Assembly (NCBI GenBank): GCA_947628855.1
Contig: CANRBM010000004.1
Location: forward strand, 1 to 49,849
Length of the DNA stretch: 49,849 bases
Source: an uncultured Clostridia bacterium
Lineage (GTDB): Bacteria; Bacillota; Clostridia; Christensenellales; CAG-917
Direction of reading: 5' to 3'
Shown: one piece after another, positions 27,985 to 38,539 of the stretch
Position numbering within the stretch: the stretch's first letter is position 1
How the letters are laid out: each line of letters begins with the position of its first letter
Translations under genes and position numbers: made by a program
Notes under the pieces: generated by a model
What the model saw: only the letters and a program-made list of their open reading frames with translations
Told to the model about the DNA's origin: nothing
Databases searched by the model: none

Positions 27985-29694
27985 TCACCACATTATTTTG
28001 TTGTAGCGTTTGTCAAGTTTGACAAACAACGCCGACAGACTGCCCGCAAGCAGTATGAGCGAAACCGCCGTCAGTATGAGATAGATATTGCCCAAGTTCC
28101 CCTGCGAGGATAAAAGCGTATCGCCCACTTGCAGCGGTATGAAGTTGGTGACCATGACTACCGCGCCGAACGCTATCGCAAAGAAGAAACCTACGACAAG
28201 CATTATGGCTACGTTTTTGTTTGCCGAGACAAGCTCTCCGTCGCCCGAAACGTTGAAGGTCGGCCACTTGATGTCCACCGCCATAGACAGGCTTGTGAGG
28301 CTGATGACAAGTATCTCGCTTATGCCCCAGATCGCCGCCATATCCACCGCGGAGAGCGCCTTATCGCCCGCGTCCGTGGTGTAGAATATGCCCGTCACAA
28401 GGCAGGTGAGCAGGACGGAGATCGTCGCCACTACGGAGTAAAGTATGAATTTTGTGAGTATCTGCACCTTGAATGAGACAGGCATCACCTTTGTCATGTA
28501 GAAACAGTTGCCCTCCCTCGATATGCAGGTGGACGCAAATGATACCGTGACGGTGATGAATATGATTATGACCATTATGGTTATGCCCGGCATTATCGCG
28601 GCGCCCACGGAGTCCGTGCCCATCGTCGCCGCAAGCCTGTTGCAGAAGAACACCATTATAGGCGCCGCACACGCCATGGCAAGATATTCAAAGGAGTAGT
28701 TGAAACTTCGCAAGATGAGATAGAATTCCTTTGTGAGCAGGGTCTGTACAACGGGCATCTGTTTGTCCTTGACCTTGCGGCTGACCGTAGACTTGCCGCT
28801 TGCTATGCCGTAGAGTATAGTCTTATAATAGGCGCGCGACGTGATGAAATATGCCGCCACGCTTAGAGCCGCCGTCATAAGGAAGATGTACAAAAATCTG
28901 AGCGCAAGGCCGCCCGCATTGAGCGTCCCCAAGCGTCTGCCGCTAACAAGCTCGGCGTACCACTTGAACGGATATGCCCCGTTCAAAAACGCCTTGTACC
29001 TTATTATCATATCGGCAGAGAAGATGCCCTGCCTCGAATCCCTAAGATAGGTGAGGATGTGGCTCAACGCAAGCAGATATGCGACAAAGACGCCGCACAC
29101 AATAATGATCGTCAAGATGAGCACCACCACGAACTTGTTTTTGAAGATATTGATGAGCTTCACCGCGGGTACAGCGAGTATGTTGCCTACCGCAAACGTG
29201 ACGAGCGAGCTCAACAAAATTATGCCGATATAGGCGAAATAGTCGCCTGCGGGAGCATTTGTCACCGCCCCGAACGTCACATAAATGGGAAACATCAACA
29301 AAAAGCACACTATGATATTGTGCAAAAAACAATAAATGGATTTTGCAAGCAATATCTCCTTGCCGCTCACGGGAAAGCGCAAAAGCATCTCGTTGTCGCC
29401 GTTTTGATAGAGATTTTTGACTATCGTGCCCGTCGAGATCACCGCCGCAATTATCATAGTGGCAAACGATATGAGCGTCAAAAATTCCAGACGCATTTGA
29501 CTGCGCTCTACAAATATCTTAGCCAAATAATACATGCCGAGAATGAGCACGGCGTATATCGCCAAGAAAAACAGCGCGTTCATGCATTGCGATATCCTGT
29601 ACTTGACGCCCCGCTTGTGCGTCGTGCCAAAGCGAGACTTCAGATCCAGCTTGAAGAGGGTCTTCACCCTCGTAATAGAAATGTCGCTCTTCAT
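27985..29694 (-). CDS. ABC-2-type multi-TM permease
   Basis: More than 10 TM segments; D.EMLLRFPVS..EILLAK and ISREG..FY..K..PVS motifs; directly downstream of the ABC ATPase. Confidence 0.8.
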   Translation of the reverse strand: MKSDISITRVKTLFKLDLKSRFGTTHKRGVKYRISQCMNALFFLAIYAVLILGMYYLAKIFVERSQMRLEFLTLISFATMIIAAVISTGTIVKNLYQNGDNEMLLRFPVSGKEILLAKSIYCFLHNIIVCFLLMFPIYVTFGAVTNAPAGDYFAYIGIILLSSLVTFAVGNILAVPAVKLINIFKNKFVVVLILTIIIVCGVFVAYLLALSHILTYLRDSRQGIFSADMIIRYKAFLNGAYPFKWYAELVSGRRLGTLNAGGLALRFLYIFLMTAALSVAAYFITSRAYYKTILYGIASGKSTVSRKVKDKQMPVVQTLLTKEFYLILRSFNYSFEYLAMACAAPIMVFFCNRLAATMGTDSVGAAIMPGITIMVIIIFITVTVSFASTCISREGNCFYMTKVMPVSFKVQILTKFILYSVVATISVLLTCLVTGIFYTTDAGDKALSAVDMAAIWGISEILVISLTSLSMAVDIKWPTFNVSGDGELVSANKNVAIMLVVGFFFAIAFGAVVMVTNFIPLQVGDTLLSSQGNLGNIYLILTAVSLILLAGSLSALFVKLDKRYNKIMW

Positions 29695-29698
29695 ACGC

Positions 29699-30529
29699 TC
29701 ACTCCTCCGAGGGCTTATCGCCGCTTTCGGACGCGTCGCCTTCGTGGGAAGGAAGGTCGGGACGCATATCTTCGCTCTCCTGCGAGGCATAGTCCTCAAA
29801 CAGTCTGCGCTCGTAGGTGCCCGTGATGCGGAAGAATTTCTCTTCGAGATTCGCCTTGTTCGCCTCGTTGCCCGCAAGGTCGAACAGGTCTACGAGTTGC
29901 CCGTTGTTTACGATCGCCACCCTGTGGCACAGCTTTTTGACGAGATCGAGATTGTGACTTGAGAAAAACACCGTGTTCCCCTTTGCGCAATGCTCCCGCA
30001 TGTGAGCGATTATCTCCGCCGTGGACTGCGGGTCGAGACCCATCATTGGCTCGTCGAGCACCCAAAGCTTTGGCTCGTGTATGAGCGCCGCCATTATGCA
30101 TATCTTTTGCTTCATGCCGTGCGAATATCCCGCGATCTGCCTGTCCATCGCCGCTTCGAGCTTGAACAGCTCCGCAAATCTCTTTATGCGCTCGCGCCTT
30201 AGCTCCGTAGGGACATTGTAGAGGTCGGCAACGAAATTGACGTATTCTCGCCCCGTCAGCTTTTCATAGACGGAGTGGTTGTCGGGCACATAGCCCATAT
30301 TCATCTTCGCCTTGATCGGGTCCTTCACGATGTCGTAGCCGCATATCTCGATGGTGCCGCTGTCAAACGGCAATATGCCCGTGAGACACTTTATCGTCGT
30401 GCTCTTGCCCGCGCCGTTCTGTCCCAAAAAACCGAATATCTCCCCGGGGCGGAGCTCAAACGAGATGTCGTTCACCGCCACCCTGTCGCTTTTTGGATAT
30501 ATCTTTGTCAAATGTTCTACTTTAAGCAT
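29699..30529 (-). CDS. ABC transporter ATP-binding protein
   Basis: GQNGAGKST, YSHGMKQK, LDEP..GLDP, SSH. Confidence 0.95.
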   Translation of the reverse strand: MLKVEHLTKIYPKSDRVAVNDISFELRPGEIFGFLGQNGAGKSTTIKCLTGILPFDSGTIEICGYDIVKDPIKAKMNMGYVPDNHSVYEKLTGREYVNFVADLYNVPTELRRERIKRFAELFKLEAAMDRQIAGYSHGMKQKICIMAALIHEPKLWVLDEPMMGLDPQSTAEIIAHMREHCAKGNTVFFSSHNLDLVKKLCHRVAIVNNGQLVDLFDLAGNEANKANLEEKFFRITGTYERRLFEDYASQESEDMRPDLPSHEGDASESGDKPSEE

Positions 30530-30602
30530 AATAAAACCTCCATTATTTTTAATATCGCAAAATCGACGCACATTGCGTGCGCCCGAATAAAGGCATAAAA
30601 AT

Positions 30603-31025
30603 TCAACTCAACATTACGGGAGTTTGCCTAAGATACGATGAAAAATAGCCTATCTTGAAATTTTGTCGCGCTATACATGGCTCGTTGCTTTTTGTACCGC
30701 TCGCCATAAACGTCGTGTAATTATAAAGACGCCTTGTGTGATCGCACAAAAATTTGACTGTCTGCAATATTGCCAAAATGCCAAGCGCGCTCAACACCCA
30801 AATGCCCTGCCTTATCGCAGACACAACAAATATGTTCAGCGCGTTTTCGCCTAACAAGACAATAAACAAAAGCGCCGTGGCGATCCATCTCACCACGCTC
30901 TGGAGCTTTTTCGGCAACAGTTTTATCAAAAGTCCGCCCGTCGCCGCAAGCATCGCTATGCCCAGACACTTGACCAAAAACACAAAGACGTCGAGCATCT
31001 TGACAAACAAAGTCAGACTGTCCAC
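30603..31025 (-). CDS. Hypothetical membrane protein (start uncertain)
   Basis: About 3 hydrophobic segments; a GTG start is preceded by GGAG; same strand as the neighbours. Confidence 0.4.
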   Translation of the reverse strand: MDSLTLFVKMLDVFVFLVKCLGIAMLAATGGLLIKLLPKKLQSVVRWIATALLFIVLLGENALNIFVVSAIRQGIWVLSALGILAILQTVKFLCDHTRRLYNYTTFMASGTKSNEPCIARQNFKIGYFSSYLRQTPVMLS

Positions 31026-31431
31026 TTTTTCTTTTCTCCGCTTGTATAAGCTAAAGCGCCTATACGCGAGCATACGCGCGCTTTTTATTGAAGTCAAGGC
31101 TTTGACTTGTTGCGCGACATACACTTCTTGTTTGAATTTTAACACCCATATGCGATATTGTCAAGCGGTTGCTTGCTATAAGAGAGCGTGTGGGCTGTGG
31201 CGCGCGGATCGGCCGTAGCGCGAGCTTGTTTCATATTTGTCTCGGGCTACAAATCGAAACGTCGGAAGTTTTTGTGCTTTTTTGCAAAAACAGGCGTTCA
31301 GAATGCCGAAATTTGCGTAGCGGGACGGCTTGTTGGCATAGATATACAAAAAGGCGCGAGCATTTTTGAAATATCGAAAAGCGGGCGTCAAATACCGTCC
31401 GCTAATATCTTATAGACATATTTCGCAAGGT

Positions 31432-32793
31432 TTACTCCGCGAAGGCTTTGAACGCTTTGTACGCGCTGTACACGTCCGCCTTGGAGACAAGCTCGTCGGG
31501 GGAGTGCATAGATAGCACGGGGACGCCGAGGTCTACGGTGTCTATGTTGTTGTTTGCAATGAACAGCGCTACGGTGCCGCCGCCGCCGAGGTCTACTCTG
31601 CCCAGCTCGCCCGTCTGCCATATCACGCCCGCGTCCTTAAACACTTTGCGCAGATAGCCCACATACTCCGCGGACGCGTCGTTGGAGCCGCTCTTGCCGC
31701 CGCGCCCCGTGAACTTGCTCATAGCAACGCCGTGGTGGACGAGACTTACGTTCATCTCCTCGAATGCGGAGGCGTACGCGGGATCAAAGCCCGCGGTGAC
31801 GTCCGCGCTTACGCACTTGGAGCTTTGCCTGAGCACTGCGGGATCCACGCCGTAGTTCTTTGCTATAGCGTCAAGGATATCCCTTATCAAAATGCACTGC
31901 ATGCCCGTGTTGCCTACGCTGCCTATCTCCTCCTTGTCGGCAAGTATGGTGAGCACCGTCTCGTTTGTGTCGGCGTCCACGGTCGCGGTGATCTCGGGAT
32001 AGGCGCAAACTCTGTCGTCGTGTCCGTAGCTTGCGATATACGCCCTGTCAAAGCCTACGTCGCGCGCCTTCGCCGCGGGGACAGCCTCGAGCTCCGCGCT
32101 CAAGAAGTCCTCTTCCTCAATGCCGTACTCCGCATTTAGCAACGCAAGCACATTCTTCTTCACCGCGTCCTTCTCCTCGCCCTTTACGGGTATGCCGCCC
32201 ACGACGAGATTGAGGTTTTCCGCGCTGAATCCGTCCCCTATCTTCGCGTTGTTCAGCTCTTGGGAAAGGTGCGGCAAAAGGTCCGTAATGTAAAACACGG
32301 GGTCGCTGTCCTTCTCGCCTATCGCTATCTCGACCTTCTTGCCGCTCTTCAACACAACGACTCCATGTAGCGCGAGCGGTATGGTCAGCCAATGATACTT
32401 CTTTATGCCGCCATAGTAGTGCGTCTTGAAATAGGCTATGTTCGCCTTCTCGTACAGCGGCACTTGCTTGAGGTCCAGCCTCGGGCTGTCCACGTGCGCT
32501 ACGAGTATTCTCACGCCGTTCTTCGCGATATCCGCTTTTCCCGCCCTCAAAATGAACAGGCTCTTGCCGCGGTTGTTGAGATACAGCTTGTCGCCCTTCG
32601 ATATTTTGTCGCCCAAAGCGTACGGCTTGTAGCCCTTCGCCTCCAACAGCTTGACCGCCGTCGAGACTGCTTCGCGCTCCGTTTTGGAGCTGTCCAGAAA
32701 GCGCTTGTAGCCCTCGGCATACGCCATAATTGCGTCCGTTTCCGCCGCGTCCGCCGCCGCGTAAACGTTTGTCCTCTTGTAAGTCAAGTCCAT
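31432..32793 (-). CDS. M18 family aminopeptidase
   Basis: KTEREAV, AHVDSPRLDLK, YYGGIKKY, GHDDRVC, DKEEIGS, GGGTVA, LSMHSP. Confidence 0.92.
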   Translation of the reverse strand: MDLTYKRTNVYAAADAAETDAIMAYAEGYKRFLDSSKTEREAVSTAVKLLEAKGYKPYALGDKISKGDKLYLNNRGKSLFILRAGKADIAKNGVRILVAHVDSPRLDLKQVPLYEKANIAYFKTHYYGGIKKYHWLTIPLALHGVVVLKSGKKVEIAIGEKDSDPVFYITDLLPHLSQELNNAKIGDGFSAENLNLVVGGIPVKGEEKDAVKKNVLALLNAEYGIEEEDFLSAELEAVPAAKARDVGFDRAYIASYGHDDRVCAYPEITATVDADTNETVLTILADKEEIGSVGNTGMQCILIRDILDAIAKNYGVDPAVLRQSSKCVSADVTAGFDPAYASAFEEMNVSLVHHGVAMSKFTGRGGKSGSNDASAEYVGYLRKVFKDAGVIWQTGELGRVDLGGGGTVALFIANNNIDTVDLGVPVLSMHSPDELVSKADVYSAYKAFKAFAE

Positions 32794-33421
32794 AAAGTCA
32801 CCTCGTAAAATTAAATTTTCGATCTTCCGTATCATTATATCACGCCGCAAATAATTTGCAATACGAAATTGCTTATTTTATTCGTGGGCGAACAAGCCGC
32901 TTACACTTGCTCAGAGCTTGGCGCCATGATACGACAAGCATACTCGGGCAGAGGGTATATAGAAATCAAGCACAAAAAGCGCTAGTGTCTCAGACATTGG
33001 AGTGAAAGACCCAACCTCTCCCTTCGTTACGTGCAGCGATGAGTTTGGGTATTAGTATGAACATAACGTTCCGCCACACTGCACTCAGGACTCCCCTCCC
33101 TCTCCGTACTCACTAACGGTTTGCGCTCGAGCGCAAACACAGCCCCTGCGTTACGCCGCGGCAGGGCGGGAAGGGGCTGCGCTCGCTCACCGCGATACGT
33201 CGTGCAGGCAAGCCTGCAATTATACCACTTGTTCGGGCGGAAATAAATCAGAGCCCCGCCCTCACTGCGTACGTGAGTATATCCCGCTTGCTCCGCGACA
33301 TCGCTCGGACAATACGTCACGGTAATCGGGTTTAATGGCGGGTTAAAATAAATTATACGTTGATTTTATTTTTTGCACGTGGTAAACTTAAATGAGTAAT
33401 TTATCAAATAAGGAGACGGGT

Positions 33422-34825
33422 ATGTCATTCAGCAAATTTTTGGAGTCGAGGCGCGGGGACTGCGTAGCGCTGGTGCGCGAGCTGAAAAAGCGTTTCGAGT
33501 ATGTAAGCGTGCTCGGCAGCGACGTAAAGGCTTTGTCCGTACGCGTCAACAAGCAAACGTCGGCTATTTCGGACGGCTCGGACGTGGATTGCGGCTTTGT
33601 CGTGAAACTGTGGACGGGCGGCACGTTTTTGGAGTATTCGCTTGACGACGTGACGGGCGACAAGGAAGAGCTCGCCGCAAAGATAGAGGGCGCGCTCGCG
33701 CTCCCCGAAGGGCTTGAGGACAGACAGATATCCGCATGTCCCTTGAGCGACGAGCCTTTGGAGCGCTCCTTCCGCCGCTTGAACGACCTTGACAAATTCG
33801 GCGAAGAGGATATTTTGAAGGCGTGCATAAAGGCGCGGGATATGTTGCTTGCAAAGAGCGAGAACATCGTGAACGCGACCGCGCTTGTACGTACGCTGGA
33901 CATAAGCAAGCTGTTTGTGAGCGAACATCGCATGCTGGATCAAAACTACACCTGGGTCAACGGCATTCTCCTTGTCAACTACCGCGAGGGGGAGCGCATG
34001 ATAAGCGCGCGCGAGGGTGCGGCGAGCCACAATTTGGGCTATGTGCTCACTTCCCTGCCCCTGCTTACGGACAGGCTCGCGGACAAGGCGGCGCATCTCG
34101 TGAATGCAAAACCCATAGAGCCGGGCGAGTACGACGTCATCACGGATCCGTCCATCACGGGACTGCTTGCGCACGAGGCGTTTGGACACGGCGTGGAGAT
34201 GGATATGTTCGTCAAGGACAGGGCGCAGGCGAAGAAGTTTATCGGCAAGCAAGTAGCTTCCCCCATATGCAACATGCGCGACGGCGCGGCGGCGACTTTG
34301 AGCGTGGCGAGCTATTACTTTGACGACGACGGAGTGCTCGCGCACGATACGCAGATAATAAAGGACGGCATACTGCTCGCAGGCATAAGCGACCTCGCAA
34401 GCGCGGCGCAGCTGGGCACGGAGCCTACGGGCAACGGCAGACGCGAGAGCCATAAGCGCAAGGCGTACACGCGCATGACCAACACCTTCTTCGAGAGAGG
34501 CATGGACAAGCTGGCGGATATGATTGCGTCCATAAAGCACGGATATATGATATTCGAGACGAACAACGGCATGGAAGATCCCAAAAATTGGCAGGTGCAG
34601 TGCGTCGCGGAGTACGGCAGAGAGATAATCGACGGCAAGCTTACGGACAACTATGTCGCGCCCGTCGTTATGAGCGGATATGTGCCCGACGTGCTCAAGT
34701 CCATATCCATGATATCGGACGACTTCTTCATAGAGGGCGCGGGCTCCTGCGGCAAGGGACACAAAGAGTGGGTGCGCGTCTCGGACGGCGGTCCCGCATT
34801 GAAACTCAAAGTGAGATTGGGGTGA
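33422..34825 (+). CDS. tldD: TldD family metallopeptidase
   Basis: AHEAFGHGVEMD, FDDDG, GNGRRES, RMTNT, GSCGKG..VSDGGP. Confidence 0.9.
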   Translation: MSFSKFLESRRGDCVALVRELKKRFEYVSVLGSDVKALSVRVNKQTSAISDGSDVDCGFVVKLWTGGTFLEYSLDDVTGDKEELAAKIEGALALPEGLEDRQISACPLSDEPLERSFRRLNDLDKFGEEDILKACIKARDMLLAKSENIVNATALVRTLDISKLFVSEHRMLDQNYTWVNGILLVNYREGERMISAREGAASHNLGYVLTSLPLLTDRLADKAAHLVNAKPIEPGEYDVITDPSITGLLAHEAFGHGVEMDMFVKDRAQAKKFIGKQVASPICNMRDGAAATLSVASYYFDDDGVLAHDTQIIKDGILLAGISDLASAAQLGTEPTGNGRRESHKRKAYTRMTNTFFERGMDKLADMIASIKHGYMIFETNNGMEDPKNWQVQCVAEYGREIIDGKLTDNYVAPVVMSGYVPDVLKSISMISDDFFIEGAGSCGKGHKEWVRVSDGGPALKLKVRLG

Positions 34826-34829
34826 TATT

Positions 34830-36113
34830 ATGATGGAACTTAAGGATATAATGGAAGTTGTTTCCTCAAAGGAAGGCATTTGCGATTTCAGGATCGTAGA
34901 AGAGGATAAGCAGTCCTACGAGCTGTTTTTCGTGCACGGCAAGCTGGAGACGGAAAGGAGAGCGGACTCGCTTGAGAGAAATCTCACCGTCTACGTCAAT
35001 CACGACGACAAGCGCGGCTCGAACACTTTCGGCATAAGCGCGTCTATGGACAGAGACGAGCTCTCGGCAAGGACGGACAAGGCGATCAAAAACGCAAAGC
35101 TCATTTTCGACGAGCCGTACGTGCTGCCAAACGACGAGACGTTGAATGTGCTCATCGAATCCGACCTCGCGGATATAGATCCCAAAGAAGCGGCGACAAA
35201 GTTTGCAAACGCGGTGTTCTGTGCAAATACGCAAAAGGGGCTTGACATAAACGCGCTCGAGGTGTTTGTCGTAAAAAGCGTACTGCACGTCGTCAACAGT
35301 CGCGGAATAGACAAGACGCAGACAAAGTATACCGCACACATAGAGGCTATCCCCACCGCGAACGGCGAGCATGAGTCCGTGGAACTTTTCGAGAGCTATG
35401 ACCTCGCCTCCCTCGACGTAGATATGCTCAAAGAGGAGATCGCCGCGCGCCTCGAGGACGCAAAAGCGAGGCTGTATGCGAAAAAACCCGAACAAAAGCT
35501 CACCTGCCCCGTCATTTTGAACGCATATGAGCTTAGCGCCCTCTTCAGAGAGCTTGCCTCGGACGCGAACTACGCGAACGCATATATGCATGTCAACCTG
35601 CACGAGGTCGGCGACGCCCTTCAAACGGCGCCCGAAGGCGACGCGCTGTGCATAACGGTGCGCGGCAGTATGAAGGACAGCGCGGCAAGCAACTGCTTTG
35701 ACCTTGACGGCACTAAGCTTACGGACAGAGAGATAGTGCACGACGGCAGGATCGTCGCGGGATACGGCGCGTCGCGCTATGCGGGCTACCTCGGCAAGAC
35801 TCCGACGGGCGCGCTCGGGTGCGTGGACGTACGCGCGGGCACCACTTACATCGAGGCGCTAGAGAGCGAGCCTCACCTCGAGCTTGTGTATCTGAGCGGG
35901 CTGCAAGTTGAGCCGCTGAGCGACTATATCGGCGGCGAGATAAGGCTTGCGTACTATTTCGACGGCGAGAAAAAGACGCCCGTCACGGGCATCGCATTCA
36001 GCGGCAAGCTCTCCGACATGCTAAACACCATCACTCTATCGGCGGAGCGCACTACGCTCGGCGCATACTCGGGACCCAAAAAGGCGCGCATAAGCGGAGT
36101 GAACATCTTCTGA
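34830..36113 (+). CDS. PmbA/TldE-like partner subunit
   Basis: Adjacent to tldD; NSRG and FDLDG motifs; lacks HExxGH. Confidence 0.8.
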   Translation: MMELKDIMEVVSSKEGICDFRIVEEDKQSYELFFVHGKLETERRADSLERNLTVYVNHDDKRGSNTFGISASMDRDELSARTDKAIKNAKLIFDEPYVLPNDETLNVLIESDLADIDPKEAATKFANAVFCANTQKGLDINALEVFVVKSVLHVVNSRGIDKTQTKYTAHIEAIPTANGEHESVELFESYDLASLDVDMLKEEIAARLEDAKARLYAKKPEQKLTCPVILNAYELSALFRELASDANYANAYMHVNLHEVGDALQTAPEGDALCITVRGSMKDSAASNCFDLDGTKLTDREIVHDGRIVAGYGASRYAGYLGKTPTGALGCVDVRAGTTYIEALESEPHLELVYLSGLQVEPLSDYIGGEIRLAYYFDGEKKTPVTGIAFSGKLSDMLNTITLSAERTTLGAYSGPKKARISGVNIF

Positions 36114-36171
36114 GAGCGCCAAAAATCGACATAATTCACCAAATATACGCGCGAAAGCGCAAGAAACGACA

Positions 36172-36456
36172 ATGACGGACGAAGAAAAACGCAAAAAAAA
36201 GAAGGACAAGGACGATTGGGATACGGGCGTCGTCATCGCTCATATGAACGGCGACGAGCTGCCCAAATATCGCCGTATGGCGTATCTCAACCGTCAAAAA
36301 CGTCCCCCGAAGAGCGAGCGCAAAAAGAGCGACCTCACAAAAAAGGAAAAACGCGCGATATACCGCGCGGGATTTGCCGCTATGCTCCCTCAGCTTATCA
36401 TCATCCTCATCGCCTTCGGCATCGTCGGCGTCCTCATCTACTTCTGGCTCAAATAA
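36172..36456 (+). CDS. Small basic hypothetical protein with a C-terminal TM segment
   Basis: D.G.VIA.MN motif, Lys-rich middle, single terminal TM helix, followed by a terminator. Confidence 0.65.
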   Translation: MTDEEKRKKKKDKDDWDTGVVIAHMNGDELPKYRRMAYLNRQKRPPKSERKKSDLTKKEKRAIYRAGFAAMLPQLIIILIAFGIVGVLIYFWLK

Positions 36457-36536
36457 ATTTTCGGCTTGGTCGATTAATTACGGATCGAATACTTTTGGGC
36501 AAAGACAAAAATGCGGACGGGAAATTGTTATGTATG

Positions 36537-36577
36537 AAAAAACCCCTCGGAGTTTTTATCCGAAGGGGCTTTTTTTT
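36537..36577. terminator. Bidirectional terminator
   Basis: AAAAAACCCCTCGGA..TCCGAAGGGGCTTTTTTTT between convergent genes. Confidence 0.75.
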
Positions 36578-36584
36578 GTTTATA

Positions 36585-37127
36585 TTATTTGAAATAGCGG
36601 TCGAGCAAGCCTTTGAGCGCCTTGCCGTGGCGAGCCTCGTCGCGAGCCATCTCGTGCACGGTGTCGTGGATGGCGTCAAGTCCCTCTTCCTTTGCGCGCT
36701 TCGCGAGTTTTGTCTTGCCCTCTGTCGCGCCGTTCTCCGCGGAAACTCTCGCCTTGAGGTTCTCCTTTGTGGACGGTGAGACGAGCTCTCCAAGCAGCTC
36801 GCAGAATTTTGCGGCGTGCTCTGCTTCTTCCCATGCCGCCTTTTCCCAATACAGACCTATCTCCGGATAACCCTCGCGGTGCGCGGCTCTTGCCATTGCG
36901 AGATACATGCCGACCTCGGTGCACTCGCCCTCGAAATTCGCCTTGAGTCCCTCATAGATATCATCGGGGATGGTGCCTTTCTTGCCTGTGCCGATGACGT
37001 GCTCCGCCGCCCAGCCGAGCTCATTCTCTTCTACTTTTTTGAGAGCCGCCTTGCAGATGGGGCAAACTGCGGGAGGATTTTCTCCCTCATACACATAACC
37101 GCAAACGGGACATACATACTTTGCCAT
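36585..37127 (-). CDS. Reverse rubrerythrin (NADH peroxidase)
   Basis: N-terminal CPVCGY..CPIC, then [28 protein letters not shown]. Confidence 0.93.
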   Translation of the reverse strand: MAKYVCPVCGYVYEGENPPAVCPICKAALKKVEENELGWAAEHVIGTGKKGTIPDDIYEGLKANFEGECTEVGMYLAMARAAHREGYPEIGLYWEKAAWEEAEHAAKFCELLGELVSPSTKENLKARVSAENGATEGKTKLAKRAKEEGLDAIHDTVHEMARDEARHGKALKGLLDRYFK

Positions 37128-37276
37128 AATAACTCTCCTTTTTTTGATAAATATTTTTTGCGCTGTCGCGTAAAATCGTTATCCTTCGTCCGCGCAAGCA
37201 AATGTCGTCTGCCTCGCCCTGCGCCGACGCGCTTTTTAAGCCTTGGGACAGCGGCAAACGCGCCCTCCCCGACCGT

Positions 37277-37318
37277 TGATTATCGTTATCATTTTAACAC
37301 CCGAAAAAAAATTGTCAA
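37277..37318 (-). promoter_or_regulatory. Promoter with an adjacent Fur/PerR-like 7-1-7 box upstream of reverse rubrerythrin
   Basis: Minus strand TTGACA-16 bp-TAAAAT. TGATTATCGTTATCA (37277-37291) matches TGATAATnATTATCA at 12 of 14 positions. Confidence 0.6.
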
Positions 37319-37434
37319 GCCATATTCAAACAGATTTACGGCGCAAATTTTTTTGAAAAATTCAAAAGAACGGCTGCCTCAAAAACAGCCGTTTCATTTG
37401 TACGTTTTGGATATATAAAATGTCTGTTTTGCGC

Positions 37435-38463
37435 TCACGCTTCAAGTATCTGCCTCGCCTCGCGCATTAGGCTCCCGTCCGCGTTGCAGCCTAAGTGCCA
37501 GCAGAATACGCCGCCATAGCCCCGCTTTTTGACAAGCCGCACTTTGCGCATGAGATACTCGCGCGTGTCAAAGGACAGCCTGTGCCCTTGATATTTAGCA
37601 TAGCAATACTCATATGTCTTTTTGACCTCTATCTCTCCCCTCTCTATCATGGACATCAGCTCGTCAAATTCTTTATAGTCGTACTCCTTGTCCTTGCACC
37701 TCTCGTAAAAGGGCAAGCCGAGATTGAGCTGGCTCTTTTTGTAACCCGCAAGATACGCGTTGAACATGGACGACGCTGTCTCGGTGTAGCCGCAATGATT
37801 CGTAAGCCCGAGGTCATAGGTCATTACGTTGACAAAATCCAGAGTCTTTGCCATTCTTCGGTTGTTGATGTCGTTCATAAAGGTGACGCTGCCGCATAGC
37901 GCGATTGACAGCGCAAAGTCCTTGCCAAACTCCGCCCGGATATCCTCCATGAGCGCGGCGTAGTCCTGCCCGTCGTGTATGCAATGCCTGTATCCGTTTG
38001 TGTTGCGTTTCGGATACTCCCAGTCCGCGTCTATGCCGGATATGCCGTACTTTTCAACAAGCGGTTTGAGGTTTTGAATGTAGGCTTTTCGCCTTTCCGC
38101 CGTGCGGCTGACATAGCAAAAGCCGTTGCCGTTCAGCGATATCATAAGCTTGACAGAGGGATGCGCGGACGCATATGTATGCAGCGCGGCGAGCGCGCGA
38201 TCGTCCGCTTCGGATATTGTGGGCTCTACGCTGCCGTCGTTTATGCAAACAAATCCGAAAATTATGTGCGTCAAGTCGTGCAGGGGCAGGTCTTCGACGT
38301 CCGCCGCGTTGTTGACCGTGCTCGCCATGATGTAGCCCACGTTTCTATACTCGCTTATCGGCTCGTGCGCGAAGTACAGCCCCAAAAATACGGAGCCTAA
38401 GATGACGCCCGCGACTAGCGCTGCCGCCACGCATATCAATGCTATCTTTTTCCGTTTTGTCAT
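37435..38463 (-). CDS. Glycoside hydrolase family 18 with an N-terminal membrane anchor
   Basis: LTHIIFGF, catalytic GIDADWEYP (DxDxE), NVMTYD, GLPFY, GGVFCW. Confidence 0.9.
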   Translation of the reverse strand: MTKRKKIALICVAAALVAGVILGSVFLGLYFAHEPISEYRNVGYIMASTVNNAADVEDLPLHDLTHIIFGFVCINDGSVEPTISEADDRALAALHTYASAHPSVKLMISLNGNGFCYVSRTAERRKAYIQNLKPLVEKYGISGIDADWEYPKRNTNGYRHCIHDGQDYAALMEDIRAEFGKDFALSIALCGSVTFMNDINNRRMAKTLDFVNVMTYDLGLTNHCGYTETASSMFNAYLAGYKKSQLNLGLPFYERCKDKEYDYKEFDELMSMIERGEIEVKKTYEYCYAKYQGHRLSFDTREYLMRKVRLVKKRGYGGVFCWHLGCNADGSLMREARQILEA

Positions 38464-38487
38464 TTTGTGCGCTTTTTAAAGGGTATA

Positions 38488-38525
38488 CAAAAAGCCATAA
38501 ACTCGAATGAGCCATGGCTTTTTTG
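38488..38525 (-). terminator. Terminator after rplL
   Basis: AAAAGCCAT..ATGGCTTTT hairpin with A/T tracts on both sides. Confidence 0.6.
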
Positions 38526-38539
38526 CGTTTTGGGTGAAA

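Noticed and set aside
33422-36456. RiPP or microcin cluster around tldD/pmbA
   Set aside because: No YcaO, radical SAM or precursor-like peptide is nearby, and the small downstream ORF looks like a membrane-anchored protein.
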